Shown: positions 59,925 through 64,000 of the stretch, in pieces
Layout: every line of letters begins with the position of its first letter
How positions within the stretch are numbered: the stretch's first letter is position 1
Assembly: GCA_039589315.1 (NCBI GenBank)
Contig: JBDHHQ010000043.1
Location: 32,001-96,000 of the forward strand
Direction of reading: 5' to 3'
DNA: 64,000 nt
From: Gemmatimonadota bacterium
GTDB taxonomy: Bacteria; Gemmatimonadota; Gemmatimonadetes; Longimicrobiales; Gaopeijiaceae
Made by a program: the position numbers and the translations under genes
Notes under the pieces: generated by a model
What the model was told of the DNA's origin: nothing
The model's input: only the letters and a program-made list of their open reading frames with translations
Databases searched by the model: none

Positions 59925-60390
59925 CGCGAAACTTGGTTGGCTCGAGACCGAAGCCGGTCGACGGGGCCTCGAACGGGTGGGCCTCACACCGTGCCGGGCC
60001 GGGCACCTCACGGTCGACGCCAAGGTGGAGGGCCGGGACGCTCGCCTCATTCTGGACACCGGCGCGTCCCGGACCTTCCTGGACCGCGCGTCGGCGGCCG
60101 AGCTGGGGGTGGGGGTGGGGGCGGACGACGTGGCCAACGCAGGGGCCTGCGGTACCGGTGCCGGCGGAGCCGTATCGGTGAGCTTCACGCCGGTGTCGAG
60201 CCTTCAGATCCAGGCACTGGCGCTCGGTCCGTTGGAGATGGGTCTTCTGGACCTGAGCGGCGTGAACGAGAAGCTCCGCCTGGCCGGCGACGCGCCGGTG
60301 CACGGCATCCTGGGCGGAGACATGCTCCGCAGGCACTCCGCCATCATCGACCTGGCGGGTCGGGCCCTCTACCTTCGTGTCGAGGGCTGA
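59917..60390 (+). CDS. Retropepsin-like (clan AA) aspartic protease
   Basis: LILDTGASRT and HGILGGD motifs; ATG 59917 overlaps the upstream gene. Confidence 0.88.
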   Translation: MVDAKLGWLETEAGRRGLERVGLTPCRAGHLTVDAKVEGRDARLILDTGASRTFLDRASAAELGVGVGADDVANAGACGTGAGGAVSVSFTPVSSLQIQALALGPLEMGLLDLSGVNEKLRLAGDAPVHGILGGDMLRRHSAIIDLAGRALYLRVEG

Positions 60391-60413
60391 TCACGGGCTG
60401 ATCGCCAGCCCTG

Positions 60414-61181
60414 ATGCCCCCCCGTCCCCTTTGGACTGACGGCACACGGAGTCGGGCATTGGAGGGTTCGCCGCTACGCGTGGAGTACCGGCCCGATCTG
60501 GGCGAGCCGGGCAGTGGGCCGGACGACTCGGAGCGCGGCGCGCGTTCGCTCCGTGTCCGCCTGGTCCGGGCCGCACTCTTCGTCGCCACCCTGGCCGTCG
60601 CTCTCCTCCTCCCCTTCGTGGCTCTGGTGCGGCTGTCGGTCTACTTCTACGCGGTGGTGGGAGTCGCGAGCTGGACAGCGTTGGCACTCGCCGCTCTTGC
60701 CGTAGTCGCCCTCCTCTTCGTCTACGTGCTGGTGCTCCGCCTGCGCTTCCAACGCAAGCTCGGCGTCCCCAAGGTGGTGCGCCGGGCACTCATGATCGTG
60801 GTGGCGGCCTACCTGGCCTATGCCCTGATCTACCTTTCCGGCACCAATGCCAAGACCGAGGAGATCAGATCCGCCTACGCGGTGCTGAGCCCACTCCTCC
60901 GTGTCGCGACGGGAACGGTGCTCCTCGTGGATCGTGACGCGGTGGTCACCGACACCGGCCGGAGAAGAGAGGACTACATCGCGTGGGGCCTGCCGGTGAA
61001 CGAGGCGTCTCTCCACTTCGAGCAGGATGACGGCTTCGTCCACGCTGTGGACCTGCGGACGGTGGGTCGTCCCGAGTGGCGGAGCCGGACGCTCGCGGCG
61101 TACTACTGGGCCATGGGATTCCGAACCCTCCGGCACGTGGGAACGGCGGACCACCTGCACGTGTCGCTACCGGTCCGCTAA
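60414..61181 (+). CDS. Membrane-anchored protein with possible Zn-peptidase (M15/Hedgehog-like) C-terminal domain
   Basis: Three TM helices, then TDTGR..SLH..AVDL..DHLHVS. Confidence 0.55.
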   Translation: MPPRPLWTDGTRSRALEGSPLRVEYRPDLGEPGSGPDDSERGARSLRVRLVRAALFVATLAVALLLPFVALVRLSVYFYAVVGVASWTALALAALAVVALLFVYVLVLRLRFQRKLGVPKVVRRALMIVVAAYLAYALIYLSGTNAKTEEIRSAYAVLSPLLRVATGTVLLVDRDAVVTDTGRRREDYIAWGLPVNEASLHFEQDDGFVHAVDLRTVGRPEWRSRTLAAYYWAMGFRTLRHVGTADHLHVSLPVR

Positions 61182-61244
61182 CCCACGCGACCGCCAGCCA
61201 TCTCCCCGGTTGGCTGGGAGGATTTCGCGGAGTGCTGCTCCCCC

Positions 61245-61271
61245 TTGCACAAAACGTAACTTTTGTACAAT
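61245..61271 (+). promoter_or_regulatory. Antitoxin operator/promoter: inverted repeat with TGTACA core
   Basis: TTGCACAAAA-CGTAAC-TTTTGTACAA (1 mismatch); contains TTGCAC and TACAAT boxes with a 15-bp spacer. Confidence 0.72.
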
Positions 61272-61303
61272 TTGGTCTCATGACCCCGGCTCGAGGCCAC
61301 GAC

Positions 61304-61564
61304 ATGAGCGACATCTCCACGGCAGAAGCGCGCAAGAACCTCTCCGACCTGGTCAACCGGGTGGCGTACGGCAAGGAGCGGGTCGTCCTGACCCGCCACG
61401 GCAAACAGCTGTGCGCCCTGGTTCCCATCGAAGATCTCTCGTTCCTGGACAGGATCCGTGAGATGGCGGGCCGGCACGACATCGCCGATGCCCTCGGCGA
61501 GAAGGATGCCGGAGACGCCGTCGCGTGGAGCGACCTCAAGCGCGAGCTGGGTCTTTCAGGATGA
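61304..61564 (+). CDS. Phd/YefM-family type II antitoxin
   Basis: ISTAEARKNLSDLVNRVAYGKERVVLTRHGK..ALVPIEDL; acidic C-terminus AWSDLKRELGL. Confidence 0.92.
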   Translation: MSDISTAEARKNLSDLVNRVAYGKERVVLTRHGKQLCALVPIEDLSFLDRIREMAGRHDIADALGEKDAGDAVAWSDLKRELGLSG

Positions 61565-63999
61565 GCGCCGCGCCGGGACCGGGGTCATCGTGGCGGGTCG
61601 AGCTGAGCCGAGACGCCGCCCGGGAAGTCCGGGAAGCTCCGCCCGTCGTGCGGGCGCACCTGGCCGACCTTCTCGATCGTCTCGCATCCGAAGGCTTGCC
61701 CCCAAACGCCCGGCCCGTGGGTGACGGGAGCTATGGGGTGGAGGTGGGCAACGCTCGCGCGGTAGTCACGGCGGACGCCCGGGAGCGTTGGATCCTGGTG
61801 GCGCGCCTCACCGCCACCAGCCATCCCCCTGCCCGAGACGCCCTGAGAGCCGCCCACGTCCCGCCGGTCGCCTCGTCCCGACTGGCGCGGCATCTCGACG
61901 AGCTCTGGGCCGACGCCCGGACGTCCCTGCGCAGCTTCCGCCGGAGCCCCGGCTTCGTGTTGTCGGTCCTCGCGACCCTGGGGATCGCCGTCGGCGGCGC
62001 CACAGCGCTCTTCGGTCTCGCCAGTACCGTGTTCACCGGCGCCCTTCCGTTCGAGGACGACGGCCAGCTACTGCGGCTCAGGGATCGCCAGGTCACCGCC
62101 GGCGGCGAGCCGCGCATCTTCAACATGTCCCCCCTCGACTTCATCGCCATCCGGGAGCAGAGCACCACCTTGGACGGGGTGGTCGCGGCCGGCGGCGTGA
62201 ATCATGTGCTCACGGGCGGCGAGGTCGCCCAACGGGTCAACATCATCCACGTCTCCGAGGGCTGGGGGCAGTTGCTGGGCGTCCGCCCCCACATCGGCAG
62301 GCTCTTCACGCCCGACGAGGAGCGACTCGGGTCCGATGCCCAGGTCGCGCTCGTCTCACACTCCCTCTGGCAATCCCGCTTCGGAGCGGATCCCGCCGTC
62401 GTCGGTAGCCAGATCGACTATGACGGCGGCGTGCTCACGGTCACGGGCGTGCTGCGGCCGCGCTTCGGCTACCCCTACGACGCGGATCTCTGGATGCCCT
62501 GGCGGTGGGACCCGGCGGACGGCACGTCACACGACCTGAACGTCGTGGGGCGCATGTCGGAGGAGACGACGCTGGAAGAGGCCCGCCGCGACCTGGACCG
62601 GATCGCCACCGGTCTGCAACAGTCCAGACCCGACACCAACACGGACCTCTTCCTGAACGCCGAGTCGCTACGGGGCGACTTCATCAGGAACGAGGACAGC
62701 GTCTTGTTGGCCCTGATGGCGTCGGTGGGATTCCTGCTCCTGCTCGCGTGCGTGAACGTCACCAACCTCTTCGTGGCTCGCTTCGTCAGCCGGCAGCGCG
62801 AGGTGGGGATTCGGGTCGCCCTCGGAGCCGGTAGGCTGCGTGAGATCCGCGGATTCATGGTGGAAACCGTGCTGCTCTTCATGGCGGGCGGCGCTCTGGG
62901 ATTGATCATGGCTCTCTGGCTCGGGGACGTCATGAGCGTGCTCGTCCCCGAGGCAATGCGCAGCCAGCTCGACATGTCCGGCCTGCAGTTGAGCGGCGAG
63001 TTGGTCCTTTTCTCCTTGGGTCTTTCGGTCGCGGCAGGCATGGCGTTCGGCCTCATGGCCGCTGTCCGGGGCACCCGCACTGAACCGTCACAGGTGCTGA
63101 AGGAGGGCGGCCGCACCGGCTCGGCGAGCGGAACCGGCGTGCAGCGGGGTCTCGTCGTGGCGCAGCTCGCGCTGTCCCTCTCGCTGCTCGTCGGAGCGGG
63201 GGTGCTATTCGATCACTTCGAGCGCCTCAACGCTCAGGACCTCGGCTTCCAGGTGGACGATCTGTTCACGCTGCGGGTTTCGGTCGAGCAGCCACGCTTT
63301 TCCGTGATCGATGCCCGCCTCGACATCGTCAGGCGGCTGGAAGAGGCCATCGAGGGCGTCCCCGGTGTGGAGTCGGCCGCCTACACCACCGTGAACCCGC
63401 TCTGCTGTGGCGACTGGGGTGCGCCGCTCGCCGTGGAGGGCCAGCCCCAGCCGGAGGGGTCCACGCATCTGATCCACCACCGTATGGTGGGACCGGGGTA
63501 CTTCGCGACGACCGGTACGCCCCTCCTGAGAGGCCGGGACTTCGACGGGCGGGACGCGCCGGGCACGGCCCTCACCGCGGTGGTGGACGAAGCCCTGGCG
63601 CACCGGTTCTGGCCCGACGAAGACGCCGTCGGCAAGCGGGTTCGCGTCGATCGCCCCACGGGCGAGTGGCGGACGATCGTAGGTGTGGTCGGAGACGTCG
63701 AGGAGAGCGGCGACTACAGCGAGACGTGGTACCTCCCATACACGCAGGAACCCACTGCCCGGTCGTCCGAGAACCTCCACTTCATGGTACGCGCGGCCGA
63801 CGCTTCCGTCCTGGAGGCGGCCCGGAGCGCCGTCCGGACCGTGGATCCGAACCTGGCCGTTTACGAGCTGCGGACCATGGCCTCACTTCGGGCCGAGAAC
63901 ATCTCCCAGGACCGTCTCGGTGCCGCGGTGGGCACGGTGTTCGCCGCCTTCGGTCTGCTGTTGGCCGGGCTCGGTGTCTTCGGGATGCTCTCCTACAAC
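61561..63999 (+). CDS. Degenerate RelE/ParE-like domain fused to a MacB/FtsX-type duplicated orphan ABC permease (partial, runs off right edge)
   Basis: Hand-translated, no stop to the window end: MSAAPGPGSSWRVELSRDAAREVREAPPVVRAHLADLLDRLASEGLPPNARPVGDGSYGVEVGNARAVVTADARERWILVARL-linker-DELWADARTSLRSFRRSPGF..LLACVNVTNL..GLGVFGMLSYN. Confidence 0.85.
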   Translation, partial: MSAAPGPGSSWRVELSRDAAREVREAPPVVRAHLADLLDRLASEGLPPNARPVGDGSYGVEVGNARAVVTADARERWILVARLTATSHPPARDALRAAHVPPVASSRLARHLDELWADARTSLRSFRRSPGFVLSVLATLGIAVGGATALFGLASTVFTGALPFEDDGQLLRLRDRQVTAGGEPRIFNMSPLDFIAIREQSTTLDGVVAAGGVNHVLTGGEVAQRVNIIHVSEGWGQLLGVRPHIGRLFTPDEERLGSDAQVALVSHSLWQSRFGADPAVVGSQIDYDGGVLTVTGVLRPRFGYPYDADLWMPWRWDPADGTSHDLNVVGRMSEETTLEEARRDLDRIATGLQQSRPDTNTDLFLNAESLRGDFIRNEDSVLLALMASVGFLLLLACVNVTNLFVARFVSRQREVGIRVALGAGRLREIRGFMVETVLLFMAGGALGLIMALWLGDVMSVLVPEAMRSQLDMSGLQLSGELVLFSLGLSVAAGMAFGLMAAVRGTRTEPSQVLKEGGRTGSASGTGVQRGLVVAQLALSLSLLVGAGVLFDHFERLNAQDLGFQVDDLFTLRVSVEQPRFSVIDARLDIVRRLEEAIEGVPGVESAAYTTVNPLCCGDWGAPLAVEGQPQPEGSTHLIHHRMVGPGYFATTGTPLLRGRDFDGRDAPGTALTAVVDEALAHRFWPDEDAVGKRVRVDRPTGEWRTIVGVVGDVEESGDYSETWYLPYTQEPTARSSENLHFMVRAADASVLEAARSAVRTVDPNLAVYELRTMASLRAENISQDRLGAAVGTVFAAFGLLLAGLGVFGMLSYN

Positions 64000-64000
64000 G

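Noticed and set aside
61304..61564. Orphan antitoxin with no toxin
   Set aside because: Manual translation shows a coupled RelE-like domain at the start of the next ORF.
1..64000. tRNA/rRNA genes, IS elements, prophage, CRISPR
   Set aside because: No cloverleaf-like sequence, transposase or integrase motifs, phage genes or repeat-spacer arrays were seen by eye; a covariance-model scan was not possible.

Overview
High-GC, densely coding bacterial DNA. The gene repertoire (five MacB/FtsX-type 'duplicated orphan' ABC permeases, a PadR-permease pair, a TonB-plug protein, a TolB-like/TPR protein, several amidohydrolases) suggests Gemmatimonadota or a similar lineage (inference). I saw no rRNA, tRNA, CRISPR array or transposase. 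The standout is at the right end and is missing from the ORF track because it has no stop inside the window. A Phd/YefM antitoxin (61304-61564), preceded by a TGTACA-type operator, overlaps by ATGA an ORF (61561->64000) whose first ~85 aa look like a RelE/ParE toxin fold lacking the usual catalytic residues. That domain is fused in frame to an orphan ABC permease, suggesting a toxin-antitoxin module repurposed to regulate a membrane permease, parallel to the PadR-permease pair at 2912-5940. Second, a StrB1-like amidinotransferase and an asparagine-synthetase-like ligase are transcribed divergently from back-to-back sigma54-type promoters. Also present: a tctC-tctA-tctB-tcuA cluster, two membrane-fused SAM-fold proteins, an NTT-like transporter, a hydrolase-kinase fusion and an autoregulated RHH/retropepsin unit. 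Several frameshifts and deletions point to assembly errors or gene decay.
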